A stretch of 64,000 nucleotides of DNA from Octopus sinensis (Eukaryota): the NCBI RefSeq assembly GCF_006345805.1, contig NC_043003.1, forward strand, positions 50,034,001-50,098,000, read 5' to 3'. Both the position numbers and the translations under genes were made by a program. Under the pieces are notes generated by a model. The model saw only the letters and a list, made by a program, of their open reading frames with translations, was not told the origin of the DNA and ran no database searches. Below, in pieces: positions 25,599 through 38,984 of the stretch. Position 1 is the stretch's first letter, and every line of letters starts with the position of its first letter.

Positions 25599-26105
25599 TT
25601 ATTCAATAAAATCGCCATAAGCTGCGACCACGGACCCCAGACGACTTCAGAATCTCCTGCAACTCTTCTGGAAAGTCTTCTTGTTTAAGTTGGTGAATGC
25701 TGCCATAATCGTTGACTTCAGTTCATCTTTGGTGTTACAAGGAGTTTTGTTGGTCACTCGCTCAACTGCGCTCCACACATCAAGGGGGTTGCTGTCTCAG
25801 GATTTAGGTGATCAGATGTTAGGGGTGATGTGGTGGCAGAAATTGTCTAAAAGTCATGACTGGGTTCTCCTGCTTGTGTGGTATGGTGCAGAATCCTGTC
25901 GCCAGACATAGAGTCTTCCAGTAGTCACCCTCTTGACCCAGGGCAGCAATATCTCCTGCAGGTATTTGATACAGGCCTCTATGTTGAGTGTGAGACCGTG
26001 TTGGAAGATGAGCCGTGTTGGAGGCGTAACGTCGCTATCACTAGCGATCACTTCAAACACCATGATGTTGACTGGATGTTTGATTTTAGAAGAAAACTTC
26101 TCAAG
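25599..26105 (-). pseudogene. DD37D (maT-type) transposase C-terminal fragment
   Basis: YVWRQDSAPYHTSRRTQS*LLDNFCHHITPNI*SPKS*DSNPLDVW: 37 residues between the last two catalytic Asp; continues ...NTKDELK...GDFIE*. Four in-frame TGA stops. Confidence 0.88.
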
Positions 26106-26567
26106 GTGCCACGCCGTGGGAAAGAACCCGGAACCACGTGGTTGATAGAGAAGCAAGCTTCTGACCACATATGGTCTATTTGTCAATCTAATAATTTCGA
26201 AGAATGCTGAAATAAAACTACGAAGGCAATTTAAATTCAGTTTCAATGCAATAGGACTGTAAAAACCATTGATTTTATGCAGTTTTCTATAAGTGCAATG
26301 GCATACGAGCGAAATTAACCTGTTTCACTTCAATTTTCGCAATTAGCATCGCAGCATACAGCTAAAGATTTTGAGAAGATTTGCATTGTTTCAATGGACA
26401 TTCGTTAAATTTGTTATAATTACGGAATAAAAAATATTTTACTATGATATTATTTTCTAAATTTTTAATTAAACGTTCAAAATTAATTATACTTCATTTT
26501 GTTTCGTCGGAATAAAGTATGTTATTTTTATGAATTTCTTAATGTTTAATCTGACAATTGTTATTTA

Positions 26568-26830
26568 GGCGCTTGTGTGGCTCTGTGATTGAGAAGCTTT
26601 CTCCTCAAGTACGTGATCTCGGGTTCATTCCCACTGCGTAACATTTGGATACAAGTCTTCTACAACAGCACTGAGCCGAAAGGGATTTGGTAGACGAAAA
26701 CTGAAAGAAGCTACTCACGCGTGCGTATGTGTACATTTGTCTGGGTATCGTGATTGTAAACGAGCATCACCATCATACAAGCGATGTTGTTCATTTCCAG
26801 TCTTCCAAGAGACAGATTGGAATAAACTAT
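26568..26830 (+). mobile_element. SINE-C-related copy with alternative tail
   Basis: Diverged head and ggatttggtagacgaaaactgaaagaagc block; tail gtgattgtaaacgagcatcaccatcatacaagc. Confidence 0.65.
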
Positions 26831-26925
26831 CACTTGCGATTGTTTTGTTATGAGTATAACATTTTTTTAATGAATTACTGAGTCTGTGTAGATTTTATTT
26901 TCCGTACCTGTTAACGATATATACG

Positions 26926-26981
<56 letters not shown>

Positions 26982-27076
26982 TGTGTTGTGTGCGTGTATG
27001 TGGTGTGTGGTGTGTTGTATGATATATATGTGTGTGTGGTGTGTGTGTGTGTGATATGCATGTTGTGTGTGTGTGT

Positions 27077-27352
27077 GAAGGCGCATGATTCAATGGTTAG
27101 AGTGTCGAGCTCAAGATCGTGAGGTCGTGAGTTCGAATCCCGGACCGGGCTGCGTGTTGTGTTCTTGAGCAAGACATTTTATTTCACGTTGCTCCAGTTC
27201 ACTCAGCTGTAGAAATGAGTTGCGACGTCAGTGGTGCCAAGCTGTATCGGCATTTGCCTTCCCCTTGGATAACACTGGTGGCGTAGAGAGTGGAGGCCAG
27301 TATGCATGGGCGACTGCTGGTCTTCCATAAAGAACTTTACCCGGACTATGCC
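27077..27352 (+). mobile_element. SINE-B, tail type i
   Basis: tRNA-like head with perfect B box gttcgaatcc (27131-27140); core gttgctccagttcactcagctg; antisense-matches 38985-39325. Confidence 0.9.
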
Positions 27353-27628
27353 TTAGACGATTCGTGTCCAAGTTAGGAAATATATGTAGTCCTCTTTGAA
27401 CACTCATAGCTGATCAAAAAAGCAGTTTGATGCTAGTCTCAGGTAGTGGCAGTTATTGTGGGAGAATATCTTAACACAAGGAATGCGGCGGGTAAAAATG
27501 AAACTTGATGTTTTGAATACAATTTAAGTCAAATTTTTACAAAACGATTTTGCTTTTGATTAGACGCAGACGATTCTTAAAAAAAATACCCCAAACGGTG
27601 TAATTAATGAAATCCCCTTGTCACTAAC

Positions 27629-27732
27629 CTTTGCCTGTTTTTGATGTAAGGATCTCTTATTTCACACATAGTTGAAAGTGCAAAGCCAGTAGATTTGTTG
27701 ACAGGAGAAATGACAACCGTACCAGTTGAAGC
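27629..27732 (-). CDS. Candidate internal coding exon (ASTGTVVISPVNKSTGFALSTMCEIRDPYIKNRQ), unidentified gene
   Basis: Acceptor ttgtttttttgaaaatcacag|G, donor CAAAG|GTTAGT, 104 nt; only phase 0 is stop-free; non-repeat sequence. No homology recognised. Confidence 0.35.
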
Positions 27733-27869
27733 CTGTGATTTTCAAAAAAACAAATATAAACAAACTAACACACACACACACATATACACACATGTACACA
27801 CACACACACACACACATGATCGTGCTGGATTAGATGTTTCATTAGTCAAAGTTGTATTGTTTTTATTAT

Positions 27870-28091
27870 TTCCTACACCCACAGGGGCTAAACACAGAGG
27901 GGGACAAACAAGGACAGACAGACGGATTATTAGTCGATTATATCGACCCGTGCGTAACTGGTACTTAATATTAATCGACCCCGAAAGAGATGAAAGGCAA
28001 AGTCGACCTCGGCGAAAATTGAACTCACAACGTAACGGCAGACGAAATACCGCTCGGCATTTCGCCCGACGGTGCTAACGTTTCTGCCAGC
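27870..28091 (-). mobile_element. SINE-A monomer, head cut by the adjacent element
   Basis: Reverse complement of the SINE-A core and tail; head stops at gtttctgccagc. Confidence 0.85.
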
Positions 28092-28551
28092 TGTACTGGG
28101 AGCCACTACTCCCAGACTGGCACTTATACTTAGAAAAAGCGCGGGCTAAAACTACGCGCCTTCACTAGTCATTTAAGGTCAGACAGTGTCACGTGACAAC
28201 TTGCTAGGGTTGCTTGCTGGAGCCTATACAGCAGGTAATTAAAGGGAGTCAGTCACCGGCTGACACTCGCTGACGATATATCGAAGAGGCCAGGGAACAG
28301 AAGAAAGAAGAAGAAAGAAGACATGCACCCAACACCAGAGCTGAAGACACCTCCGAAAAGAGGAGCCCCGCCACGTCAAAACGGTAGAGGAGTAGGGGCC
28401 GAAATCGGACGTGGTTCCTCCTGATGATGTCTTGAGCTAACTGGATCCTATAAAGGAGCTATTGTGGTAGCAGACCACGAAACACGGTTGTAATTCCTAT
28501 CTTGCTTGGTTTCTATAGCTTGATACCCTTCTTATTGCCAACAACTTTACA
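28092..28551 (+). mobile_element. Unclassified dispersed repeat, possibly a solo LTR (TG...CA)
   Basis: Shares tgtcacgtgaca, caacaccagagctgaagacacctccgaaa, cggacgtggttcctcct and ctggatcctataaagga with an inverted copy at 61095-61500. No matching TSD found. Confidence 0.5.
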
Positions 28552-29469
28552 GGGTGTACTAGGTGAATATTCTCATGGCTCCAACACTAGAGAGTTTGAA
28601 TAGTCCTCAGCAAGATAGGAGTATAGGGACCTCTCAGCCTTATGTTTTCTCTCCTTGCTTTCCAACCACTTTTCAGTGTGCACAGAGTACATTTTCTATG
28701 GTACCAGCACTAGTGAGGTTGTCGTGCTCATCGGTTTCTCCAGAGGTAGCATAATTTAGTGGCTTTCCATTGTGGCACAAGCACGGGAGGGAGTGGGAAG
28801 GTACTTTCAAATATAGGAAATGTAAAGTACTCAATAGCCTAAGATGATGGACCAAAGAGGAGAGAAGGATTAAAAGAAAGAGTGATAAGGTGACTAAAGG
28901 GGGATTAAGAGTGACACCGATGACATCAGATGGGTGAAAATTAGTGGATGTAAGGAGTAGGAGTACAATTTAAAAGATGTAGTCAGGAGACGGGTGGTTG
29001 GCAGTAGCAGAGGTGGATAATTCTAAGAGTGGATGATGAGATAAAGGTAAGAACAGATTATGAATGGCAACAGAATTGGTCCAGAGAAGGGAGTGCTAGT
29101 TGGTAATACAGAATGGTATAGCTATAGTATATAGGATAGAAAGATGTGGATGATCTGATGCAATCTCTTATATATAAGCCTATGAAGAGCAAGGGAGTCA
29201 AAGTAACAGAAGTGACCGAGAATGGAAAGATTAATGGTTAGTAGTAAAAAAGGGCAAAAGTTTAAAAGAACTAAATAGAGGGATGTGGGTTCGCCAATGC
29301 AGAATCTTATTCAAAGGCCTATGAAAAGATGAAAGAGCCAAGGTGATAATGATGAGTGATGAAGATGATCAGCACAGGGTGGGGTAGGGTGGAGAGACAT
29401 GAGATGGAGTGTTATGAGTGAGAAGGGTGGACAAGTATTATAGGGAGCAGGGCAGTAGACTGTAGGTGT

Positions 29470-29790
29470 AGCAGGGTAGAAAAAGTCTCAGCCTCTAAAC
29501 ACTGCTTTCCTGTCAGGAAACATTATGCTATGAATGTTTAGGTTTTCTCCAGCACTACATATCTTCAATCAGCTCAGTGCTTTGTCATATACCTCATTAA
29601 ATGCATCACCTTAAGATTGGTTTTCGCTCCTTCAGCCCACTCTTCCTTGGCCTCCATCTTCACAGATTCCATTTACTTCAACACTTCTTTATTCAGCAGT
29701 CATCCTTCACACACATCACATACTCATACCGGTATGATCTTCTCTCTTGCACACTACACCTGATTTTCCTTCATTTCTTTCTAGCCTCCA
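29470..29790 (-). mobile_element. Degenerate RTE-type LINE 3' remnant
   Basis: Minus strand resembles the RTE C-terminal W.GHV.R...C.KKC...G...GRP..W region, with stops. Confidence 0.5.
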
Positions 29791-29798
29791 TGTGTCTT

Positions 29799-30575
29799 CA
29801 GTGTTTAAGGCTCATGTCTCCCTCCTCTGTGGAGGAGTCAAAGCCTCGGGTTCATCAAACCCTTATGAGTAGATTTGGTAGATGGAAACCGAAAGAAGCC
29901 TTTCGTTTATGTATATGTACATATCTATGTGTGTGTCTTAGTGTCTGTCTTTGTCCTCCACCACTGCTTGACAACTAGTACTTAAGTCTCCGTAACTTAG
30001 AGGGTCGGCAAATAAGGGGAACAAATAAAACACAAAACAAAAACCTTATGCTGATGGGTCCTTTCCTTTTTCGCATTGTAACTTGGCTTTTTGTTATTTA
30101 ATTCTGCATCACAAAGCTTCAAGCAAACTGCAACGAGAAAATCGGGGTCGCAGAGTCTGACCCCTCGTCTCACATATCTTTGGAGATGTTATGTAATCAA
30201 CACAGTAGGTAATATAATATATATCAATTAATTACGTAATGTTATTCAAGTAATATCTAGCTAGTCAGGCGGATAAATACAATATACGTACATGCATACA
30301 TGCATACCTACATATATGTATGCATGCGAGTATGTATGCATGCATGAGTATTGTATGTATGTATGTATATATGTATGTGCATACATATAATAGTTAGGCA
30401 GATACATATACGTACATTTGTATACATAGGTATTATATATATGTATATATATATATATATATTATATATATATATATATATACATCATATATGTGTCTGT
30501 GTGTATGTGGTGTATTTTTCCTTTGTGTAGATATATATGTGGATATATATATATATATTATATATATAAATATAC

Positions 30576-30612
<37 letters not shown>

Positions 30613-31334
30613 TATCTACAAAAGGAAAAATATACACACATACACACAGACAACATATATGTAAGTATATAATTATATTATATATATATATATTATATAT
30701 ATATACATTATATATACCTATGTATACAAATGTACGTATATGTATCTGCCTAATATTATATATATGCACATACATATATACATATATACATACAATACTC
30801 ATGCATGCATATACATACTCGCATGCATACATATATGTAGGTATGCATGTATGCATGTACGTATATTGTATTTATCGCCGACTAGCTAGATATTACTGAA
30901 TAACATTAAGTAATTAATTGATATATATATTTACCTTACTGTGTTGATACTAACATCTCCAAAGATATGTGAGACGAGGGGTCAGACTCTGCGACCCCGA
31001 TTTTCTCGTTGCAGTTGCTTGAAGCTTGTGATGCAGAATTAAATAACAAAAAGCCAAGTTACAATGCGAAAAAGGAAAGGACCCATCAGCATAAGGTTTT
31101 TGTTTTGTGTTTTATTTGTTCCCCTTATTTGCCGACCCTCTAAGTTACGGAGACTTAAGTACTAGTTTGTCAAGCAGTGGTGGAGGACAAGACAGACACT
31201 AAGACCACACATAGATGTACATATACATAAACGAAAGGCTTCTTTCGGTTTCCATCTACCAATCTACTCTAAGGGTTGATGACCCGAGGCTTTGACTCCT
31301 CCACGAGGAGGGAGGACATGAGCCTTAAACACTG
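29799..31334. repeat. About 1.5-kb fold-back inverted duplication centred on a (TA)n tract
   Basis: cagtgtttaaggctcatg... at 29799 is mirrored by ...catgagccttaaacactg ending 31334; unique internal sequence (e.g. cggggtcgcagagtctgacccctcgtctcacatatctttggag) is present on both arms; centre near 30570. Confidence 0.93.
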
Positions 31335-31409
31335 TTTAAATATTGGGTATATATACTTTCCGTGTGTGTGTGTGTACGTTATGTATGTATGTAGTATGCA
31401 TGTAGTATG

Positions 31410-31454
<45 letters not shown>

Positions 31455-31850
31455 CATATATATGGCTATAGATATAGATATAGATAATACATACATACAT
31501 GCATACATAATACATACATAAAACGTACACACAACCACCACGGAAAGTATATATACCAAATATTAAACAGCCGGAAATCGAGAAAAATTTAGCAGAAGCA
31601 TGTTCTGTACACCTACGTCATATAATTTCCTGGCATCTTCTCCCCGTATAAATTCGTCCCCTAAATCTTAGAATTACCAAAAGTGCTAGTTGCCTCAACT
31701 GAAAGGAAATCTAACCGTGATTCAGAGAAATTCCAAAGATGTAAAAAAAGATTGCAATACCATCTTGAAAAAAATCTACATACACTATATATATATATGT
31801 GTGTGTTGTGTGTATGTATGTGGTATATGTGTGTGTATATATATATATGT

Positions 31851-31909
<59 letters not shown>

Positions 31910-32274
31910 TATATATATAAAGTATACATATATATATATATATACATGCATACGTACACACACACATTCAAACACAGATATATATATACATATATATACA
32001 TATATATTTGGAAGCAATATATCTGTTGAGGGATTGATAACTGAGCAATTGTGGCTGAAATGAAGGAAGAAATGAATGAAATAGAAAGAGGCGGAAAGGA
32101 AAAAGATGGAGGGAGACGTGAAAAAGTGTTATGCAATAACTGGTACAGAAGATTTTATTATTATTATTATTATTATTATTGTTATTATTATTATTTTTAT
32201 TATTATTATTAACTGGCCCCTTCCCCGAAATTTCAGGCTTTGTGCTTATTGTAGAAAGGATTAGTAATTATTAT

Positions 32275-32492
32275 TAGGTTGGCGAGCTGGCAGAATTGTT
32301 AGCAAGCCGGGCGAAATGCTTAGCGGTCTTTCGTCTGCCGCTACGTTCTAAGTTCAAATTCCGCTGAGGTCGACTTCACCTTTCATGTTTTCGGAGTCGA
32401 TTAAATAAGTAACAACCACGCACTGGGGTCGATGTAATCGATTTACCCCTTCCCCGCAAATTTCAGGTCTTGTACCTATAATAGAAGGGATT
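32275..32492 (+). mobile_element. SINE-A monomer
   Basis: ggcgagctggcagaattgttagc...gtcgacttcacctttcatg...aggtcttgtacctataatagaagg. Confidence 0.85.
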
Positions 32493-32510
32493 ATTATTAT
32501 TATCATTATT

Positions 32511-33256
32511 GTTTTTTTTTTCCTTCTTCAAATTTTCTTCCATTTCTCGCCGAGTGTTTTCCGTACACCTAGGGCAGAGAAGCTCATTGTATGCATTCGC
32601 AGATTACACACGCAAATTCACAGGTAAAATATGTATTAAAAAGAAAACAAAGTAAATTCATGAATGGATTTTGTTTTCACAGCGATAATGCTCTTCTCAG
32701 TACATGAGTCGTTCCAGTTAACACGATTTTTTGACTTCCTGTAGGGATGGTAAGTCTGGTATCATTTTCAAATTGGTTTTAGTACCTTTTTTATCATTCC
32801 TAGAAATCCCACAATCACTGGTACTGTAGCCGCTTTGAGATGCCACATTTTTTCAGTTTCTATAAGCAAGTCTTTATATTTACTGATCTTTTCAAATTCT
32901 TTTGCCGCTATATTGTGATCGCAAGGAATACTCATGTCAATTAATAAACACACCTTTTGGTCTAATCTTTTATGATAACATCCGGTTTATTAGCTTTTAT
33001 AGTTTTGTCGGTATGTAGGGTGAAGTCCCATAGAATCGACACATTTTCTCCCTCAGTCACAGCTTCAGGATGGTGTTTATACCATTTGTCAGCGGTTTTG
33101 ATTTCATAATGCTGTCATATTGTCCAGTGTAAATACTGGCCGACTCTGTTATGTCTTGCTTTATACTCTACAGGTGCTAAGACTCTACACCCTGAGATTA
33201 GGTGGTCTATAGTTTCAATCTCATCATTACAGAATCGGCATTTGAGGTCAGCTCCC

Positions 33257-33258
<2 letters not shown>
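32511..33258 (-). mobile_element. 5'-truncated R4/Dong-type LINE (CCHC knuckle + RLE + 3' end) in a (TAA)n site
   Basis: KCRFCNDEIETIDHLISGC, ILWDF...KTIKANKPDVIIKD, CLLIDMSIPCDHNIAAKEFEKISKYKDL; ATT repeats on both sides. Confidence 0.92.

Positions 33259-33326
<68 letters not shown>
33258..33326. repeat. (ATT)n microsatellite
   Basis: Direct reading. Confidence 0.97.
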
Positions 33327-33917
33327 GAGAGAGACAAGAATTAAACCAAATAGACTAGTAACGTCTGAGAGTGAAGTGTAAAGAAGAAATTGTGAGAAAA
33401 TTTGAAAATAAAATTGAAGAAAGTAAGGGAGAAGAAGAAGGAGGTACAGATACATGGATTGTACCCGAAAAGTATTTTGAAAATTTATCATAATTTCGCC
33501 CAGCATAACACGTCTGGATATGATATTAAGCTGCAACTGGTAGCGAGGCTCTAGTTCGGGAGTTCTGGAGTCACCCCTTAATTATCATTGCTCCCAGGTC
33601 CGTTCTGATCTAGAACGGTAGTACCTATTAGGGTCCCATCAATGGGTTAAATAAATTTTTGTAAGGGTTGCTTGAACTCCTTAGTTGCGTTGAAACCAAC
33701 CCACATCAAAGATCAAAGACCTAAAATTACAGCGTTCCAGTTTTGACCATCACATTTTTTCCATATGTATACTAGGAGTTATATTATCAAAGAGTTTCTT
33801 TACTTATGATCATGAAGTTTGAAAATAATTTGGCTGCCTTATTTAGCAGATCGAGCGACTGCATGTTGGGTCATCTGCGTTATATCTGGACGACGCCTGT
33901 TCAGAGGCTGGTAATTA

Positions 33918-34017
33918 NNNNNNNNNNNNNNNNNNNNNNNNNNNNNNNNNNNNNNNNNNNNNNNNNNNNNNNNNNNNNNNNNNNNNNNNNNNNNNNNNNN
34001 NNNNNNNNNNNNNNNNN
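33918..34017. other. Assembly gap (100 N)
   Basis: Run of exactly 100 N. Confidence 1.
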
Positions 34018-34115
34018 CAGTTCCAATCAATTTGTGTGGCACTCCAAAGATTCTTCATTTGAGATCCTTTTGATGGTTGGAAGCCGAGATTTGGATCCGT
34101 GTTGAGAACCCCTGG
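34018..34115. mobile_element. Right end of a hAT-type MITE (left part in the gap)
   Basis: Ends gttgagaacccctg followed by gactagg; same TIR type as 48256-49374. Confidence 0.55.
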
Positions 34116-34822
34116 ACTAGGCGCTTCAAGGCGATGCCCCAACATGCTCACAATCTAATGAAGTAAAAGATACACTCTGATACAAGCGTACACACATACG
34201 TTTTTTGTACGTGTATATGAGTGAATCTGACTGATGTATGAATGCGCTAAACGTATTCAGTAAGAAGGAGAGAAAAATGGAAGAGTGAAAAGCTAAATTA
34301 TTTAACTCTACATTAACCAAGTATGATTATAGACACCTCTTATATAAAAGCATACATAGTTGAACAAATACCAACAGAAAACTAACCTTCCTCCCGAAAT
34401 ACCACTTATCTACCAATCTCCTTTCGAAATACACCCATGCAGATATATATATATATTCCTTCCACCTATCAGACTATTTATATACATATGTGTATAAACA
34501 TACTCTTACAATCGTTCATACATGCATAAATTTACACCTGTTTGTAAATTTATCTTCGTCTATTTATACTTCATCACATGCATTCACAGAAGGGCGCTAA
34601 TGCGGATACGTAGATGTACATATATACATGTGTACACACACACCACACACACACACACAAACACACACACACAAACACACACACACAAACACCCACACAC
34701 AACATACATGTATATGTATGGATATACATAGATTTGTGTATGTATGAATATGTACATACATATGTATGCGGGTATATGTATGTACAGTATATAATATATA
34801 AATATATATATTATATATATAT

Positions 34823-34872
<50 letters not shown>

Positions 34873-34879
34873 CTCCATT

Positions 34880-35022
34880 TTACTCTTTTACTTGTTTCAG
34901 TCATTTGATGTGGCCTTCCTGGAGCACCGCCTTTAGGTCGAGCAAATCGACCCCAGGACTTTTCTTTGTAAACTAGTACTTATTATATCAATCTCTGTTG
35001 CGAACCGCTAAGTTACGGGACC

Positions 35023-35062
<40 letters not shown>

Positions 35063-35250
35063 ACACACACACAACACACATATACACAACGAGCTTCTTT
35101 CAGTTTAGTCTACTAACTCCACTACAAGCTTTGGTCGGCCTGAGGCTTATAGAGAAGACCAATTGGGCAAGGTGCCACGCGGTGGGACTGAACCTGGAAC
35201 CATGTGGTTGGTAAGCAAGCTACTTAGCACACAGCCACTCCTACGCCTAT
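34880..35250 (-). mobile_element. SINE-C full-length
   Basis: tcttttacttgtttcagtcatttg...cacagccactcctacgcctat. Confidence 0.9.
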
Positions 35251-35342
35251 ATATATATATAGCACACACATATTCGTAGGCATGTATGTGATCCTGCAAA
35301 TAGAATTGGAATGCATGTACATTCTAGCAAAAATTCTACACA

Positions 35343-35395
<53 letters not shown>

Positions 35396-35681
35396 TACAT
35401 CACACACACATTTATATAGTTTTGTTTTAGTATTTATCTGTGTCTAGGTGTATACTCACACGTATGTATATACACAATCGGGCAGTTAACTGAGCAGCTA
35501 TCTTGATATTTGTAAAGCAAGTTTTTAGAAGATAAGTAATAACTATGTCTCTACATAATAGTATGCGTGTATATATGTTTGTATGTGTGTGTGTGTGTGT
35601 GTGTGTGTTTGACCAAGTACGTCTGTATAGGTGTATAGGTGTATTTCGAGAGAAAATGAAAATGAACAGAACAATAATATT

Positions 35682-36255
35682 TTCTACTCTAGGCATAAAG
35701 CTCGAAATTTTGGGGGAGGCGGCCAGTCAGTTAGATAGACCCCAGTACGCAACTGGTGCTTAATTCATCGACGCCCCCGAAAAGTTGAAAGGTAAAGTTG
35801 ACCTCGGCGGAATTTGAACTCAGACGTAATTTGCAGGCAGGCGAAATACCTATTTCTTTACTACCCACAAGGGGCTAAACACAGAGGGGACAAACAAGGA
35901 CAGACATAGGTATTAAGTCGATTTCATCGACCCCAGTGCGTAACTGGTACTTAATTTATCGACCCCGATACGATGAAAGGCAAAGTCGACCTCGGCGAAA
36001 TTTGAACTCAGAACGTAACGGCAGGCGAAATACCTATTTCTTTACTACCCACAAGGGGCTAAACACACACAGAGAGGACAAACAAGGACAGAGAAACGGA
36101 TTAAGTTGATTATATCGACCCCAGTGCGTAACTGGTACTTATTCAAACTACCCCGAAAGGATTAAAGGCAAAGTCGACCCCGGCGTAATTTGAACTCAGA
36201 ACGTAACGGCAGGCGAAATACCGCTAAGCATTTCGCCCGGCGTGCTAACGTTTCT
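35682..36255 (-). mobile_element. SINE-A trimer
   Basis: gaaatac landmarks at 35849, 36033 and 36221 (spacing 184 and 188 bp). Confidence 0.92.
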
Positions 36256-36267
36256 ACTATCTTGTCG

Positions 36268-36287
36268 AACAACAACAACAACAACAA

Positions 36288-36356
<69 letters not shown>
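36268..36356. repeat. (AAC)n(AAT)n microsatellite
   Basis: Direct reading. Confidence 0.97.
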
Positions 36357-36532
36357 GGAAGAACGCCAAATATTCAAATTAAAACAAAGCATGACTGGAT
36401 CCGATTCCAGCGAGTGGCATTCTTATATATGCTCATCATTATGCACACACATATATACATTCACAAATTGATATATACGCGCGAACTGACATATATCAAT
36501 ATGCATACAAACACACGCACAAACACACACAC

Positions 36533-36563
<31 letters not shown>

Positions 36564-36704
36564 GCGCGTTAACACGAATACATGCAAAGCAACATACATC
36601 GGATAAGCAAACATACCATAAGCATGTATGCGGACACACATGCATACATTAATACGAAATTTATAGACTCTCTCACACACACACGCACGCACACACACAC
36701 ACAC

Positions 36705-36746
<42 letters not shown>

Positions 36747-36822
36747 CATACATATATATATACATATATATACACATATATATGCATGCACTTTTACATC
36801 TATATATAGGTGCATATATGTA

Positions 36823-36860
<38 letters not shown>

Positions 36861-37209
36861 CTTATACATAGTAACATTTATATATGCATGTATTCACACA
36901 TACCTACATACATGCATACGTACATTGCTCCATATATACATATATTCCCCACACATACACGCACAGACATGCACACACACACACTCGCATATACCACCCA
37001 CATACACATACCATTCATACCCTTATGTCAGCAGGTGGCGGTGAAGAGAGCAGACGAGAGATAACCGAATTTGAAATAGAAACTTGGAGAGTTGAATGTC
37101 GTGGGCGGATTCAGGGCAAACATTCATTTAGTTCATAAATTCTTCTTGTTGTTCTTGTTCTTGCAGTTGTTCTGCATCTCCCTCCTTATCTTCCTCCTCT
37201 GCCTCCACC

Positions 37210-37212
<3 letters not shown>

Positions 37213-37240
<28 letters not shown>

Positions 37241-37298
37241 GTTCTTCTTCTTCTTCTTCTTCTTCTTCTTCTTCTTCTTCTTCTTCTTCTTCTTCTTC
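37213..37298. repeat. (TTC)n microsatellite
   Basis: Direct reading. Confidence 0.97.
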
Positions 37299-37718
37299 CT
37301 TTACTTTCCCTCCTTTCTTTCCTTCATCCGTTCCACCCTACCTTTCTTTCCTTTAATCTCTCTTATTTCTTTGTTTTGTATGTACACGTGTATGTGTACG
37401 TGTGTGAGCTTGAGTGTCTGTGTATATGCGTGTGCTTTGTTGCGGCTGGCAGTAGCTTTTTTCATTTTATGAGAGGCAGCATATGCCTAAATCTACATAC
37501 ATAAACACATTCCTGTGTATGTCGTAATATACATGCGCAAGTATCTCTCTGTGTGCTTGTGGGTTAGTTTGACTGTCTGACGTCATTCACAGCTCAGTGT
37601 ATGTTTTTACATTTGTCTAGGAGGGAAATTTTCTCCTGGATTATTCTGGACTATTTCTGAAGCGAAAGTTCCTCTCAGGTCCTAATACATTCGAGTGTGT
37701 TAAATATCTCAGTACGCG

Positions 37719-37831
<113 letters not shown>

Positions 37832-38614
37832 ACGTGAGTAAGAACTTGCACAGAAGGATTTCAAAGGAACACACGTAGAAATCACACACCAGACTTGCTC
37901 ATCACACACAAGTCATGCTCACCCTTCATCAGTTATCGGCCAAAGTTCATCACAATTTCGCGCTATTATTGATATGTCATTGTATGTATGTGTATGTGTG
38001 TGTGTGCGTGCGTGTTTTTGTGTGTGTGTATTGTATGTGTGTGTGTGTATAAGTTCTGGGGTCGATTTGCTCGACTAAAGGCGGTGTTCCAGCTTGGCCG
38101 CATTCAAATGACTGAAACAAGTAAAAAAGTAAAACACTATCGGTCTCACATACCCAGTATATGTGTTTTGCTGGTTTGCTGCAGAACAACTCTCTGGCGA
38201 TGATTCCCTTTTAGCACTGGGTATTACAACACCCAACGTCATTGACGGGTGAGACAACTCGCCTCTAATCCCATACAGGAGCGATAGATACCGACATTTA
38301 GCCAGTTCGGTTATTCATTAATATCACATGCCTGAATCGGACCGGGGACGAACTGAATCGCAAGTCTACGACTGTATACAAATAGCCTGAGAACCATTTG
38401 TTGGTATGCCACGACGATGCAAACTTAAGACCAAATTTCATTATGAATTAAAAGGAGGGCTTGTGTTGTAAACATTATGTATGTGTTTTGACTTTCCACC
38501 GGTTCACTGCGAAACAGTGCTCTGGGGACAACTCCCTCTTAGCCCCGGTCTGATTCAGGTAGGTGAAATAAAGAACAATAACTATACGACGTTAACAACA
38601 TCGGCTACATGAAG

Positions 38615-38808
38615 AATAATATTGGTTTCGAATTTTGGCACAAGACCAGCAATTTTGGAGGTGGGTTAAATAAATACAGCGATCGTAATGTTCGGCTGAT
38701 ACACATTTTATCGACCGCGAAAGAATGAAAGTCGAAGTCGAGCTCGGCGGAATTTGAACTTTAAGCATTTTGTCTGGTGTACTGACGATTCAGCCAGTTC
38801 GCCACCTT
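38615..38808 (-). mobile_element. SINE-A copy, diverged
   Basis: ttatcgaccgcgaaagaatgaaagtcgaagtcgagctcggcggaatttgaact. Confidence 0.75.
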
Positions 38809-38984
38809 ATGCATGAGGTATAAATTTTAAAAACAGCAACAACGAAAGTAAGATAGGAAAGTCAAAACAGTAAAATACAACACCCATAAAAATTAATCGA
38901 AAAACTCACAAAGAAAAATATATAATCAAATGTAACATGCTTATTGGATTTAATAAAAAATCAGTATATCACAACTACATTTAA

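Noticed and set aside
27077-27150. tRNA gene
   Set aside because: Has A/B boxes but no closing acceptor stem and continues into a SINE body repeated elsewhere.
28395-28435. Hammerhead-like gaaa...ctgatga in the LTR-like repeat
   Set aside because: Stems I and II do not pair; the second copy reads ctaatga.
35682-36255. CRISPR-like or satellite array
   Set aside because: Units are SINE cores with no unique spacers; eukaryotic context; no cas genes.
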